From Verrucomicrobiales bacterium (GTDB taxonomy: Bacteria; Verrucomicrobiota; Verrucomicrobiia; Verrucomicrobiales; V1-33), in NCBI GenBank assembly GCA_031411295.1, contig JANOAV010000018.1, positions 1 through 41,761 on the forward strand: a stretch of DNA of 41,761 bases, written 5' to 3'. Position numbers and translations under genes: made by a program. Under the pieces are notes generated by a model. That model ran no database searches. It was not told where the DNA came from and was given only the letters and a program-made list of their open reading frames with translations. Positions 15,472 to 25,640 of the stretch are shown in pieces. The number at the start of each line of letters is the position of its first letter. Positions within the stretch are counted from its first letter, which is position 1.

Positions 15472-15718
15472 AGTCCCGTAAGGACGAAACATCAAAGCCC
15501 AAGGCAAGCACAGCGCAGCCTTGGGTTCCAACCACCCACAAGCTAAAGCCCTGTCAGGGCGAAACAAGGGGACGGGGACCAGTGGACAGCTCAAGGCAAG
15601 GCATGATGCGAGGGTGTTGCGGTGTCTCGCCCTTCCAGGGCTTGGTCTTCTGGGCGTTGGATACCCAGAGTTACGCTGCGCTCCACTCTGGGCTTTGATG
15701 CCTCGTCCTTACAGGACT
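15472..15718. mobile_element. 247-bp palindromic MITE/REP-like element
   Basis: Terminal inverted repeats match at 27/30 (agtcccgtaaggacgaaacatcaaagccca). The inner inverted pair is aagccctgtcagggcgaaaca (15546) / tgtctcgcccttccagggctt (15623). Confidence 0.85.
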
Positions 15719-15796
15719 GAGAACGATTGAGACCTGCCATGATTTGCTGGTTTTGGCGGCAATATCCGCTCGTAACTTTTTTGTCCTGCACCCTCT

Positions 15797-17806
15797 TCAC
15801 TGCACCACGGCCACATCCACCGGAAGATATTTCCCTTCAACTAACACCAGTCCGGACAGGCGATTCGCAGCCTCTGGGGGAGCATAGTCCGCCACTGGTA
15901 GGACTCCTTTCAGAGTGCCATTGGCGGAGGCCCAGCGCTGGGTCGGATCGGAGCAGATGAGGCGATTGTCTGAAAAGAAAATCGGTTCCGGAGTGATGGC
16001 CGGGAGGTTTATTTGGGGAGTTTTTGGTGAGCACACCAGTTCAATTTCCGTTCCCCTGCGATGCGCTTGGAACGTCCAATCGGAAGTGGGGTGGGGGAGG
16101 AGGGCGCGGGCTTTCGCAATTTGCGGTGCCGCCGCGGCATCGGCCACTGGGGCGGCTTGCGTCACGGGCAGCGTTAGTTCCAATTCACAATTTCCAATCG
16201 CGCACGTGTTAGCACAGCACAACCAGTGGGCCTTGGCCTTGAGCGTAGTTTCGCCAATCGGAAGATTGGCGGGTGGCGTTAGTTCGACCAAGTGGGTCAC
16301 GTCGTGTTCGTAACCATGGGTCCGCACCTGTGCCATGTAAACTTTATCGGGCGGGGCATACTGCATGTCTCCGGCGGTCCAGCCTTCTGGCAGTTCCCAT
16401 TTGAGACCGAACGGCACGCCAGCCAGCCCGGGATTCTTCCAGTAACTGTGCCAGCCTTTAACATGCTGGAGATTGAACCCTACGGTAAATGGATGCCCCG
16501 GCTGCACCGTCGCATTTTCGCTCAGCAGCGTGATATCCACGCCGGTGCCATGATAGAAATGCTTGGCCGCCGCCTTGGTCCCACCCAGGGCCACCAGCCT
16601 CTTGGCGGTCCGGATGAAGATCATCCCATTGGCAATGGCTGGGGTGGACTCGCACGCTTCGCCCAACTCTCCTTTGCCCAGCACTTCAAATTTCTCGCCT
16701 GCTTTGACCACCGTGATTTTACCCGTGCGGCTGATGCAGTAAATTTGATTTCCGCCGCAGACGGGCGAGCTGTAGGCGTTCTCCGCCACGCGTTCGCTGT
16801 AAACGACTGCCCCCGTGGCGGCCTTCAGGCAACTCAGGATGCCGCCATCATTTAAGACATAGAAATGCCCATCCAAGGCCAGTGGGGTGGGCACATACGG
16901 CATGGCTTTCGGCAGTTCCCAGGCGGTTTCCGGCTTGCCGTTGACCACTTTGAGGGCCACGCCAGCACGACCGCTCGTGCCCTGCCCAACGTTGGTGAAA
17001 TACACCCCGTCACAGTAGGCGGCCGATCCCACGGCTCGGAATTCGGTGGTTTGTTCGTAGTCGCGATTCCAGAGGATTTTCCCTGTCTGTGGGTCCACTG
17101 CCGTCATGGCATTGGGGTTGCTCGTGAAAACCACCACCGGCTTCGGGGTTGAAGCATCAACCACCAGCGGCGTGCTGAAGGCGCTGCGGGCGGTCTTGCG
17201 GGGAATCTTCCACAGCGTTTTTCCATCGGCCACACTCAGACCCGTGAGAAAAGCACCGTCCAAATGATGGTCCTTGGCGACGACCAACACGTTGCCCACC
17301 ACCACAGGCGAGGCCCCGCTGCCGTGCTCCTCACTGAAGAATCCAAGGTTGGCTTCCCAAATTTTCTTCCCGACATGAGACAACGCCAGCACATGCATTT
17401 CGTCGCCACTGGTCCAAGCGATGAAGACGTGGTCCGCATCCACCGCCGGCGTGGCGGAGGCGAAGTTGTTGAACTTGTGATGCCCGTGGGGCTTGAAGGT
17501 GTCGCTGTGCGACCACAGTTGTTTGCCGGTGGCGGAATCAAAGCAGAGCACTTCCCGACTCCCTTCGTTGGCCCCTTCAGAGGTTAGGAAAAGTTTACTG
17601 CCCCACAACGCAGGCGAGGAAGTGCCCGGGCCGGGCAGCTCGACTTTCCAGCGATAATCCTGATCGGTAAAGCTGACTGGAAGATCCTTGGCGGCAGCAT
17701 TGACCCCGGATCCGTTGGGGCCACGGAACCTTGGCCATTCCTGGGCGTAAACACAATTGGCTCCGACCAAAGCGGAGATGAAAGAAAGCAGGACAAAATA
17801 CTTCAT
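15797..17806 (-). CDS. Secreted PQQ-like (BamB-type) beta-propeller protein fused to a C-terminal DsbD N-terminal-like domain
   Basis: Signal peptide, WPRFRGPNGSG and SSP/STP propeller repeats; then GWHSYWKNPG..W.LPEGW..WLCCANTC. Start ATG 17806. Confidence 0.88.
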   Translation of the reverse strand: MKYFVLLSFISALVGANCVYAQEWPRFRGPNGSGVNAAAKDLPVSFTDQDYRWKVELPGPGTSSPALWGSKLFLTSEGANEGSREVLCFDSATGKQLWSHSDTFKPHGHHKFNNFASATPAVDADHVFIAWTSGDEMHVLALSHVGKKIWEANLGFFSEEHGSGASPVVVGNVLVVAKDHHLDGAFLTGLSVADGKTLWKIPRKTARSAFSTPLVVDASTPKPVVVFTSNPNAMTAVDPQTGKILWNRDYEQTTEFRAVGSAAYCDGVYFTNVGQGTSGRAGVALKVVNGKPETAWELPKAMPYVPTPLALDGHFYVLNDGGILSCLKAATGAVVYSERVAENAYSSPVCGGNQIYCISRTGKITVVKAGEKFEVLGKGELGEACESTPAIANGMIFIRTAKRLVALGGTKAAAKHFYHGTGVDITLLSENATVQPGHPFTVGFNLQHVKGWHSYWKNPGLAGVPFGLKWELPEGWTAGDMQYAPPDKVYMAQVRTHGYEHDVTHLVELTPPANLPIGETTLKAKAHWLCCANTCAIGNCELELTLPVTQAAPVADAAAAPQIAKARALLPHPTSDWTFQAHRRGTEIELVCSPKTPQINLPAITPEPIFFSDNRLICSDPTQRWASANGTLKGVLPVADYAPPEAANRLSGLVLVEGKYLPVDVAVVQ

Positions 17807-17933
17807 CCCGCATTCTGTCGCGATTTCCGACGAAGTGCAATCACATGCTTTGGGTTCCGCGATTGCGCCCAAGGTTGGGAAAGTCTGCTTTCCCGTGCTG
17901 AGAGCACCTCGCAGCGCAGCCCACCATCCTCTG

Positions 17934-18875
17934 CTAGCGCTGCTGGAACGCGCGACGGCCCAGGAAGTCGCTCAGGGCACTGGTGAAATGTTGTTTCGTG
18001 GTCACTGGCACATAATCCGCCCGCAGTTGCCCGCAGACCTTTTCCAGCTTGCCCACGTGCTCGCGCACCCGTTGCAGGTAAGCGTTCCGCACGGACATGG
18101 GGTCCACCTTGATCTTCGTGCCGGAGAGTTCCAGATCCTTGAATTCCTGACTCTTGTTGAACGAGAAGGACAGTTCCTCCTCTGCCATCACATGAAACAA
18201 TACCAACTCATGTTTCTTGAACGCAAAGTGGTGCAGGGCCTCGACGATGGCATCCGCCTTGTCGAAAAAATCACTCACGATGAACACCAGCCCCCGTCCC
18301 GGTATCCGCTCGGCCACTTCGTGGAGAATACCCGCCAGGTTCGTGTCGCCCGCACATTTCGTGTTATGCAGTTCCTCGAGAATCAGCCGAACCTGACTGG
18401 GGCGACTGGCTGCGCGGAGGTTGGCGCGGATCTTGTCATCGAACGTGACCAGTCCCACCGCGTCCTGCTGCTTGATCATCAGATAAGCGAGCGCGGAGGA
18501 CAAATATTGACCATATTCAAACTTCGAGACCGTGGCCCCGGACACCGTGCTCGCGGCCTCGCCCTTGTAGTTCATGGAACCACTGGCATCCAGCACAATC
18601 GTGGCGCGGAGGTTCGTTTCCTCGATGTATTGCTTGATGTAATACTTGTCGTTCTTGCCATAGACGCGCCAGTCCAGATCCTTGATGTCATCCCCCTGGG
18701 CGTATTGGCGGTGTTCGGCAAAGACCACGCTGAAGCCCTTATTCGGGCTGACATGCCGACCACTCTTGGAGCCCTGCTTCTTGGCCCGCGCCAGCAGTTC
18801 CAGCCGACTCAACGTGCCGGTGGCTTCCTGCGGCAGCAGGCGCATGTAAGCCAATTCTTGGAGCGGAGTTGCCAT
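17934..18875 (-). CDS. DUF58 domain protein
   Basis: GRHVSPNKGFSVVFAEHRQYAQGDDIKDLDWRVYG, EETN and DASGS. Confidence 0.92.
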   Translation of the reverse strand: MATPLQELAYMRLLPQEATGTLSRLELLARAKKQGSKSGRHVSPNKGFSVVFAEHRQYAQGDDIKDLDWRVYGKNDKYYIKQYIEETNLRATIVLDASGSMNYKGEAASTVSGATVSKFEYGQYLSSALAYLMIKQQDAVGLVTFDDKIRANLRAASRPSQVRLILEELHNTKCAGDTNLAGILHEVAERIPGRGLVFIVSDFFDKADAIVEALHHFAFKKHELVLFHVMAEEELSFSFNKSQEFKDLELSGTKIKVDPMSVRNAYLQRVREHVGKLEKVCGQLRADYVPVTTKQHFTSALSDFLGRRAFQQR

Positions 18876-18896
18876 GAATGATGGGTTACTTGAGAA

Positions 18897-19934
18897 TTAG
18901 ACGTCGAGGTCCGACTTGGGTTTGAAATGCTCCAGCAGCATTTGAATGATCTGCTCACTCTTAATGCCCGCGGCTTCCGCGTTAAACGTGGTTAGAATCC
19001 GGTGGCGCAGCACTGGCAGCGCACAGGCGGCCACGTCACCCGTGGTCGCATGGAAGCGACCTTGCAGAATGGCGCGTGCCTTGGCGGCGGTAATTAAATA
19101 AATCCCTGCCCGGGGACCAGCACCCCAGGCGCACATCTCCCGCACGAAGTCCGGGGCCTCGGGTTGTTTCGGACGACTGGCCCGGACCAATGTAGCGGCG
19201 TATTCCACCACGTGATCGCCCACGGGAACCCGCTTCACCACCTCCTGCAAACGCTGCACCGAGGCTGCATCCAGGAGTTTGTCCACCTTCGGCTTGTAGG
19301 TGCCAGTGACATTCTTAATGATTTGCTGCTCTTCCGCTAAATTTGGATAGCCCACCACCACATTGAACATGAAACGGTCCAATTGCGCTTCCGGCAGCGG
19401 GAACGTGCCTTCCTGCTCGATCGGGTTTTGCGTCGCGAGCACGAAGAACGGTTCTGGCAGATGGAAGGTGTGATCCCCCACCGTGATATGATGCTCCTGC
19501 ATGGCTTCCAGCAGCGCAGCCTGAGTCTTGGGTGGGGTCCGATTGATTTCGTCCGCCAGAATCATGTTGGCAAAGATCGGCCCCTTCACGAAACGGAACG
19601 TCCGTTTCCCGGTGGAGGTATCTTCCTCCAGAATGTCTGTGCCCGTAATATCCGCTGGCATTAAGTCAGGCGTGAACTGAATCCGCTTGAAACTCAGGTC
19701 CAGCACTTTCGAGAGGGTCGAGACCAGCAATGTTTTCGCCAAGCCCGGAACCCCTTCCAACAGGGCGTGGCCCCGACAGAAAATCGCGATCAGCATCTGT
19801 TCGATCACCTCGTGCTGTCCCACAATCACCTGTGCTAACTGCACTTTCATGGAGGCATAGACCTCATTGAGTTCTTTGACGAGGGCCTTGTCATCGGGTG
19901 GGGTGGTGGTCTCGGAAGTTGCGAGTTCGCTCAT
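18897..19934 (-). CDS. moxR: MoxR family AAA+ ATPase
   Basis: Walker [44 protein letters not shown] and [11 protein letters not shown]. Confidence 0.95.
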   Translation of the reverse strand: MSELATSETTTPPDDKALVKELNEVYASMKVQLAQVIVGQHEVIEQMLIAIFCRGHALLEGVPGLAKTLLVSTLSKVLDLSFKRIQFTPDLMPADITGTDILEEDTSTGKRTFRFVKGPIFANMILADEINRTPPKTQAALLEAMQEHHITVGDHTFHLPEPFFVLATQNPIEQEGTFPLPEAQLDRFMFNVVVGYPNLAEEQQIIKNVTGTYKPKVDKLLDAASVQRLQEVVKRVPVGDHVVEYAATLVRASRPKQPEAPDFVREMCAWGAGPRAGIYLITAAKARAILQGRFHATTGDVAACALPVLRHRILTTFNAEAAGIKSEQIIQMLLEHFKPKSDLDV

Positions 19935-20386
19935 GGAATTATTGAAGTAAATAGGTGGGGACTTGGAAGTGAGAAGTTCTGCACCGTAAACAGTCCGTTG
20001 GAATTGTCTAAATGTATTCCTCCACGCGAACGCTGATTGAGGACATCACGGGGGTTGGCCTAAGGGATTACCTGATGTTCCTTACTCCGGCACCATTTTT
20101 TACCCGGCAGAGAGAGAATTAAGGCGCGCCGCCCGCCCACATATTTGGGCGGCACGCCTTCAGAGTCCGCACTCGCTAAGACCCATCACAAGTATATTCG
20201 TTTTTTGTTGGCCGAAGTTTCAAAATAAATGAAATTATTTTTCAGCGGGGTCAATTTGTCCCCCGGTTCGCCTGGGAGATCGGTCCCGGAGGTCCGAAAA
20301 TTTCCAGCTCCAGTGAAAATAATCTGTCGGTTTTTTCTTTGGTGCCGGATGATGAGGGTAACCACCTGCCGTCTTTAGTCATCATC

Positions 20387-22393
20387 ATGGAACCCACTGA
20401 TCAAGCTTTACTCGCCCGCTACGTCTCCCACGGAGATGAGGCGGCGTTTGCTCAATTGGTGTCGCGCCATGGTGGGCTCATCTTCTGTCTGGCGCTGCGC
20501 AAGACGGGGAATCGAAGTTTGGCGGAAGAGATCACGCAGAATATCTTTGCCCTGCTGGCGCAAAAAGGCGCGGCGTTAGTAAATCATCCCGCTCTGCTGG
20601 CGTGGCTGCAGAAGGCCACGCACTATCAGGCGGATCGCGCTCAGGCCAAGGAGTTCACTCGCCAACGCTTGCTGCAATCCTATCACGATACGGAAACGAT
20701 GAATCTTTCTACAGACGATTCCGCGGCAGCCATGGAAGAACATTTTCCGATGCTGGATGCCGCGCTGGCGGAGCTTCCGGAGCCGGATCGGCAAATTTTA
20801 CTGCTGCGATTCTGGAGTCAGTCGCCCTACAAAATGATCGCGCAATCACTGGGTTCCAGCGTGCAGGCTTGTGAGAAACGCGCCAGCCGGGCGCTGGAAC
20901 GCATGGCGCGGTCGTTGCGGCAACGCGGCGTCATGCTCTCAGCCACGGCGGTGGCCGCGGCGTTAGCACAATCCACCGCCCAGGCCGCGTTGCCTCCGGC
21001 CCTGAATCTCACTCCAACTGCACTGAAATTAACTCCGCTCATGGCCGGTTGGCAAAAACTGTTATTGATGACACTTATGAAAACAAAACTAACCTTCATT
21101 GTCGTGGCTGTTTTAGCGTTCAGCCTGGCCGGATTTAGTGGCTGGATGGCGGGGCATAACTCGCGGGAAGCAACGGCTTTAGCAACCGCTGCGCCTGCGG
21201 ATTCGGGTGGTGTGAAACGTGGGGGAATCTCGCGTAAGCCAATGCTCTCGGAAGCCGCAGGGCAGCGTCGCGTATCACTGGAAGCGTTGTTGCAACAGGC
21301 GCGCGAAGCCTTGCACAAAGGCAAGATCGAACTGGCCGCCAAGGATCTCGCGGCCGCCAAAGTGTCCCAGATCGACTATGAGGACATCCCGGCAGCGCTG
21401 GAAATCATCAAGCAGGGCGAGGGCTTCGAGATCGATGCCGATCTCACCGCGTTGCTCATGGGACGCTGGGCAGAGCACGATGGCGCGGCGGCGTGTGCGT
21501 TCAGTTTGCAATTGAAACAACCCCGGCTCTCGATCCATCCCATCATGGATCCTTTGAAAGCATGGGCGGCACGCGATCCTCAGGCAGCCTTCGATTGGTT
21601 CCGCGCCCGCAGCCGTGAAGGCAAGGCACTGGATGGCGCCACCGTGGGCGACTGGGTGCCCATTTCCAATCTGCGCTGGATCATGGGCGAATGGGCGCTG
21701 AAAGATCCTGCGGCCGTGGCTCGGGCGATTGGCGGCATGGAAGACAAAAGCGAACTCCAAGGGGTGATGATTGGGTTAGGCGAGGGTAGCGCGCAGGCGA
21801 AAAATCGGTCACTGTTGCTAGACGCTTTGTCTGCCAAATATACCGGACCGGAGGAGGGGAACCGCTGGATCGGGCTGCGGGACGTGTTGGATCGCTGGTC
21901 CCAAGTGCAACCAGCCGAGTTGGCCGCTTGGTTGGATCAGCAGAAAATCCCCAATTCCAGTGACACGATGGCGAATCAACCCGTCTTAAAAGGCTGGCTA
22001 ATTGAGGATCCCAGCAAGGCGGTGGCATGGTGGCTGCGCCGCTCCGGTGGGTATCCCGGGCGTTCTGGGAAAATGGAAACTTTGGTGGAAGTGTGGGCGG
22101 AAGCCGATCCGATTGCGGCCTCAGAATGGCTCGCTGCCCAACCCAAGGATGCCGAGACTGCTCCGGCCATTTCTAAACTGGTCATGAAGTTGAACGCCAA
22201 GGATCCCGAAAGCGCCTTCACCTGGGCCAAGGCGATTGCTCCTGAAGCCATTCGCAAGGATGCCCTAACCAGTGCGCTGAAAGCCTGGCATACCAAAGAC
22301 CCTGCTGCAGCCACGCAAGCGCTGACGGACGCATCCCTAACGGATGCGGACCGTGCCGTTTTACAACCAATCCTTTCCTCAAAAAAGCCATGA
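20387..22393 (+). CDS. ECF-type sigma-70 factor with TM helix and long Trp-rich repeat C-terminal extension
   Basis: DQALLARY..DEAAFAQLVSRH..AEEITQNIF (region 2), LDAALAELPEPDRQILLLRF..IAQSLG (region 4), TM segment, repeated W..DP..A..W. Start ATG 20387. Confidence 0.88.
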   Translation: MEPTDQALLARYVSHGDEAAFAQLVSRHGGLIFCLALRKTGNRSLAEEITQNIFALLAQKGAALVNHPALLAWLQKATHYQADRAQAKEFTRQRLLQSYHDTETMNLSTDDSAAAMEEHFPMLDAALAELPEPDRQILLLRFWSQSPYKMIAQSLGSSVQACEKRASRALERMARSLRQRGVMLSATAVAAALAQSTAQAALPPALNLTPTALKLTPLMAGWQKLLLMTLMKTKLTFIVVAVLAFSLAGFSGWMAGHNSREATALATAAPADSGGVKRGGISRKPMLSEAAGQRRVSLEALLQQAREALHKGKIELAAKDLAAAKVSQIDYEDIPAALEIIKQGEGFEIDADLTALLMGRWAEHDGAAACAFSLQLKQPRLSIHPIMDPLKAWAARDPQAAFDWFRARSREGKALDGATVGDWVPISNLRWIMGEWALKDPAAVARAIGGMEDKSELQGVMIGLGEGSAQAKNRSLLLDALSAKYTGPEEGNRWIGLRDVLDRWSQVQPAELAAWLDQQKIPNSSDTMANQPVLKGWLIEDPSKAVAWWLRRSGGYPGRSGKMETLVEVWAEADPIAASEWLAAQPKDAETAPAISKLVMKLNAKDPESAFTWAKAIAPEAIRKDALTSALKAWHTKDPAAATQALTDASLTDADRAVLQPILSSKKP

Positions 22394-23682
22394 AAACCTC
22401 ACTGTTCTCAATTGCGATTATTTTGCTAGGCTCAGCGCTTTCCGCCTGGGTCGGATGGAAAGCTGGCATCCGCCAGCAGCAGGCCGTCATTAGCCAAAGT
22501 GCTTCCAGCGTCGCTTCCCCAGCGCCCGCGGCACCAGCGTTGGAAGTTCATACTGATTACACCGCAGCCATCGCTCCGGAATGGAAATTGCGGGGCAGCC
22601 AGGATTTCAACGCCATCAAACAGCAGATCCTCACTGCGGCCAGCGTGGCGGCCACCACGCCCGATCCAGCAGCCATGGGACTGCTCGGGGAACTGAGTGT
22701 GGCAGAAGCAAAATCACTGCTCGAAGACTTGATCCGCCTCCAGCCCAAACCCGTCGCCATGATCAGTGTTGCCTTGAGTCGTTGGGCCTCCGCAGCAGGC
22801 ACTGAAGCCCTGGCCTTTGCGCAGGCGAAGCTCACGCAGACGGAGTATGGCGACGCCCGCGGCCGCATGCTGGAGGCTTGGGCCCGGCACGATCCCAAGG
22901 CCGCTCACGCTTGGTATTTGGAGCAATTGGATTCCGCGCCCAGTTCGCTCAAGCACAAGCTGGAGCAGGATTTCAACGTGTTGATCTATCAATGGGGGCT
23001 GCGGAATCCTGCGGAAGCCGTGGCGGCGTGTGTCGCGGAGCAGGCGCATGGAACTTACGATGGCTGGTATGGTCTGGCCCATTTGGTGAACTCCGCCGGG
23101 CATCGCGAGCCGTTGTTTCAAGCCATCGGACAGATGACGGACGCCGCGAAGCAAAAGAAAGCCTGGAGCAGTGTCATCGGAGCGTGGGCGGATGTGAGTC
23201 CGCGCGATGCTGCGCTGTGGTTGGAAACGCAACCGTTCGGCAAAGATCAGGATTTACAATGGAGCGTCATCGAGCGCTGGAGCCGCCGCGTGGAGCCACG
23301 CGAGGCCGCCGACTACGCCATCCGCAATGCCGAACCCACGCCGGAGTCCAAGGATCGCGCGCTCGGGATGGCCCTGCCCAGTTGGGCTCTAGCCGACCCC
23401 AAGGCTGCTGGTGAATGGTTGCAATCCGTGGGGACCACCGAACAAGGCATCGCCACAATTGCCAACGGATGGGTGCGGAAGGACCTGGCCCAGGCCGTCG
23501 ATTGGGTCATGAAATTACCCGATGCCAAACGCCCCGCCGCCCTGGGTGACGTCTTTGCCACCGCCAAACAAGCCTCACAAAATTTCAACCCCGCTGACTG
23601 GGCCCAACGCACCGGACTCAGCGCAGCAGAGCTAACGAAAGCCACCGAAACCGCCGCCAAGCAACGGATGAGCCGCTGGTAG
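22390..23682 (+). CDS. Membrane-anchored hypothetical protein with W..DP..A..W helical repeats
   Basis: ATGA overlap with the sigma gene; N-terminal hydrophobic helix; repeats WARHDPKAAHAW, WADVSPRDAALW and WALADPKAAGEW. Confidence 0.85.
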   Translation: MKTSLFSIAIILLGSALSAWVGWKAGIRQQQAVISQSASSVASPAPAAPALEVHTDYTAAIAPEWKLRGSQDFNAIKQQILTAASVAATTPDPAAMGLLGELSVAEAKSLLEDLIRLQPKPVAMISVALSRWASAAGTEALAFAQAKLTQTEYGDARGRMLEAWARHDPKAAHAWYLEQLDSAPSSLKHKLEQDFNVLIYQWGLRNPAEAVAACVAEQAHGTYDGWYGLAHLVNSAGHREPLFQAIGQMTDAAKQKKAWSSVIGAWADVSPRDAALWLETQPFGKDQDLQWSVIERWSRRVEPREAADYAIRNAEPTPESKDRALGMALPSWALADPKAAGEWLQSVGTTEQGIATIANGWVRKDLAQAVDWVMKLPDAKRPAALGDVFATAKQASQNFNPADWAQRTGLSAAELTKATETAAKQRMSRW

Positions 23683-23754
23683 TCCGCGTGAGCCTCAGCC
23701 ATCCTGACCTGCGAAGAAAATAAGTGGCCTGAGGGTTGATTTATGGGGAACCTG

Positions 23755-23858
23755 CGTTGGAGTTGCGCGCTTTAGGCCGCTTTAGGCGGTGGAACAGGCA
23801 ACGCTCTTCCGCAGAGTGATCTTGGAGTGATGCACCGCTTAAAAGCGGAACTCCAGCG
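23755..23858. repeat. Inverted REP pair (TGGAGTT..TTTAGGCGG / CCGCTTAAAAGCGGAACTCCA)
   Basis: cgttggagtt..ctttaggcggtg faces caccgcttaaaagcggaactccagcg between convergent genes. Confidence 0.7.
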
Positions 23859-23972
23859 GGATGTTGTTGAGTCTTCGCATGGAACCGTCAGCCCCCGTTG
23901 GAAGCTCGTGGGTTTTCCCTCCTGGAAATCATTCGTCGGGCGTAGGTCAGATGTTGGAGTGCCTACGGTGAT

Positions 23973-24572
23973 TCAGCGCAGGATGGTGCGGAAAGTTAGG
24001 CTTACTCTGGGGGTGGGGGATTTGGTGGTCTTCGGCAGGCAATGGAGCCAGTGGGTCTGGCACGCGCCGGCCATCAGGAGGAGGCTGCCGTGCTCCAGCA
24101 GGAGGGAAATGGTTTCGCCTGTCTGTTTGTGTTTGAAACTGAATTTGCGTTCCGCCCCGAAGCTCACGGAAGCAATGCCGGCGTGATGCGCCAAGGTTTT
24201 CTCATCATCGCTGTGCCAGCCCATGCCTTCCTGCCCGTGATGGTAAAGATTTAGCAGGCAACTGTTGTAAGTGGTGTCGGTTAGTTTCTCCACGGTGGCC
24301 TTGAGTTGGCGCAACTCCGGGGTCCAGACGCGGGCTTGTTTGGTGGTGCCGCTGTAGGTGTAGGCGTAAGCGGAATCGCCATACCACGCCACTTTGCGGG
24401 CGGTGGTGATGGGTTTGCCGAACATGATGACCTCGTCCTGCTGCCACGGAATGGTGGTTAGGAAATGCTGCAAATACCGATCCGCCTCCGCCACACTGAG
24501 CACCGGACCGTGGTAGCACACGAGACCGTCGTCGGGGAGGAGGTTGAGGGTGGGATCGGCAGGGAAAAGCAT
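23973..24572 (-). CDS. alkB: AlkB family 2OG-Fe(II) dioxygenase
   Basis: NSCLLNLY..MGWHSDDE (HxD), HWLHCLPK and RVSLTFR. Confidence 0.9.
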   Translation of the reverse strand: MLFPADPTLNLLPDDGLVCYHGPVLSVAEADRYLQHFLTTIPWQQDEVIMFGKPITTARKVAWYGDSAYAYTYSGTTKQARVWTPELRQLKATVEKLTDTTYNSCLLNLYHHGQEGMGWHSDDEKTLAHHAGIASVSFGAERKFSFKHKQTGETISLLLEHGSLLLMAGACQTHWLHCLPKTTKSPTPRVSLTFRTILR

Positions 24573-24573
24573 G

Positions 24574-25179
24574 TTAGGGGTGGGGCTGTTTTGGAGCGGT
24601 AGTGGGGACGTAGTAAAGGCGGATGCTTGGCTTGAATAGAATCTCCAGGGCCCGCCTGAATTGCTTGGAGTCAGCCAATGAGAGATCCGAGGTAATCACA
24701 ACTGTGGTAGGTTCGTTATGTAGTTTGCAATTTGCTATGATATCTTCCAGTTGCGCCAGCGAAGCGCGATGCACCTGCTCTTGATACTTAATTGGCGCTG
24801 GGCCAAGCAACCAATTAAGGGATCGTCTAATTTCACTCGGGTGGAATCCCTCCTTAAAATGGTCGATTTCCAGCGAGTCGTCCGAATGCACATGAATCGA
24901 AAAAGACATCCCTAAGGGGGACTGTTGCCAGTCGCACACGGGACCTGTCGGTTGATTCTGGAAGATTTCCTCCTTGCGCGCTTCAGCTTGCGCAAAGGAA
25001 AATGTCATAGAATTCGGACGCGGCAGTTCCGTGAGATCGGCCATGTGGGCTGAAGGCAGGACGGGGAAGGTCGGTTCGTAGAGCCAGACCCCAACCAAAG
25101 CAGATAGCGCTACGGCAGGGATGAGCCATCGGAGAAAACGCGAGTGGAATATGGAGTATTGCTGCAGGGGTGGCGACAT
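24574..25179 (-). CDS. Hypothetical protein with N-terminal membrane anchor
   Basis: About 200-aa ORF abutting the alkB start; hydrophobic WLIPAVALSALVGVW. The start (25179 versus 25218) is uncertain. Confidence 0.6.
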   Translation of the reverse strand: MSPPLQQYSIFHSRFLRWLIPAVALSALVGVWLYEPTFPVLPSAHMADLTELPRPNSMTFSFAQAEARKEEIFQNQPTGPVCDWQQSPLGMSFSIHVHSDDSLEIDHFKEGFHPSEIRRSLNWLLGPAPIKYQEQVHRASLAQLEDIIANCKLHNEPTTVVITSDLSLADSKQFRRALEILFKPSIRLYYVPTTAPKQPHP

Positions 25180-25391
25180 GGAATAGTGTCTACTGGCGTA
25201 AAAAATCGAATTTTGCAATCCGCACCTTGGTGCTTGCTCTCATCCAATTGTCACAAAAGATCGCCAAGGGAGAAAAAGGAACGCAGCAATTGAGGGCACC
25301 AGAGCCTAACTCTACTTTGTTGGTTGGAAAAAGTGGTGCGGTTCGTGCCGCAGCATGATCCCAGCATGACGTGCCTCCAACTCGTGGGGGA

Positions 25392-25463
25392 TTTGGTAAA
25401 AGATTCGTGGTAAAAGATTGGGTTGGGATAGGTTTCATCTTTTACCAACCATCTTTTACCAAT
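25392..25463. repeat. Doubled inverted repeat (TGGTAAAAGAT x2 / ATCTTTTACCA x2)
   Basis: ttggtaaaagat-tcg-tggtaaaagat ... atcttttaccaa-cc-atcttttaccaat. Confidence 0.8.
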
Positions 25464-25640
25464 CAGGATCGTGCCGAGATGAAATATGGTGAGGCTGGTC
25501 CACGGCTGCAGGTTAGTCGGAGACAAAACCTGCACCACTATGTGAATTAACAAAGTGGCGCTAAAGGCACTGGCTGCCTTCTTTTGCGGCCATCCGCGCA
25601 AGTGGGGACCGACCCAAACGCACAAGCTGCCGTTTACTTG

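Noticed and set aside
15309..15800. ORFs 15309-15698, 15521-15730 and 15591-15800 as transposase or genes
   Set aside because: They overlap the palindromic element and have no transposase or integrase motifs.
25251..25625. 124-aa minus-strand ORF
   Set aside because: Non-ATG start, runs through the inverted repeat and has no recognisable domain.
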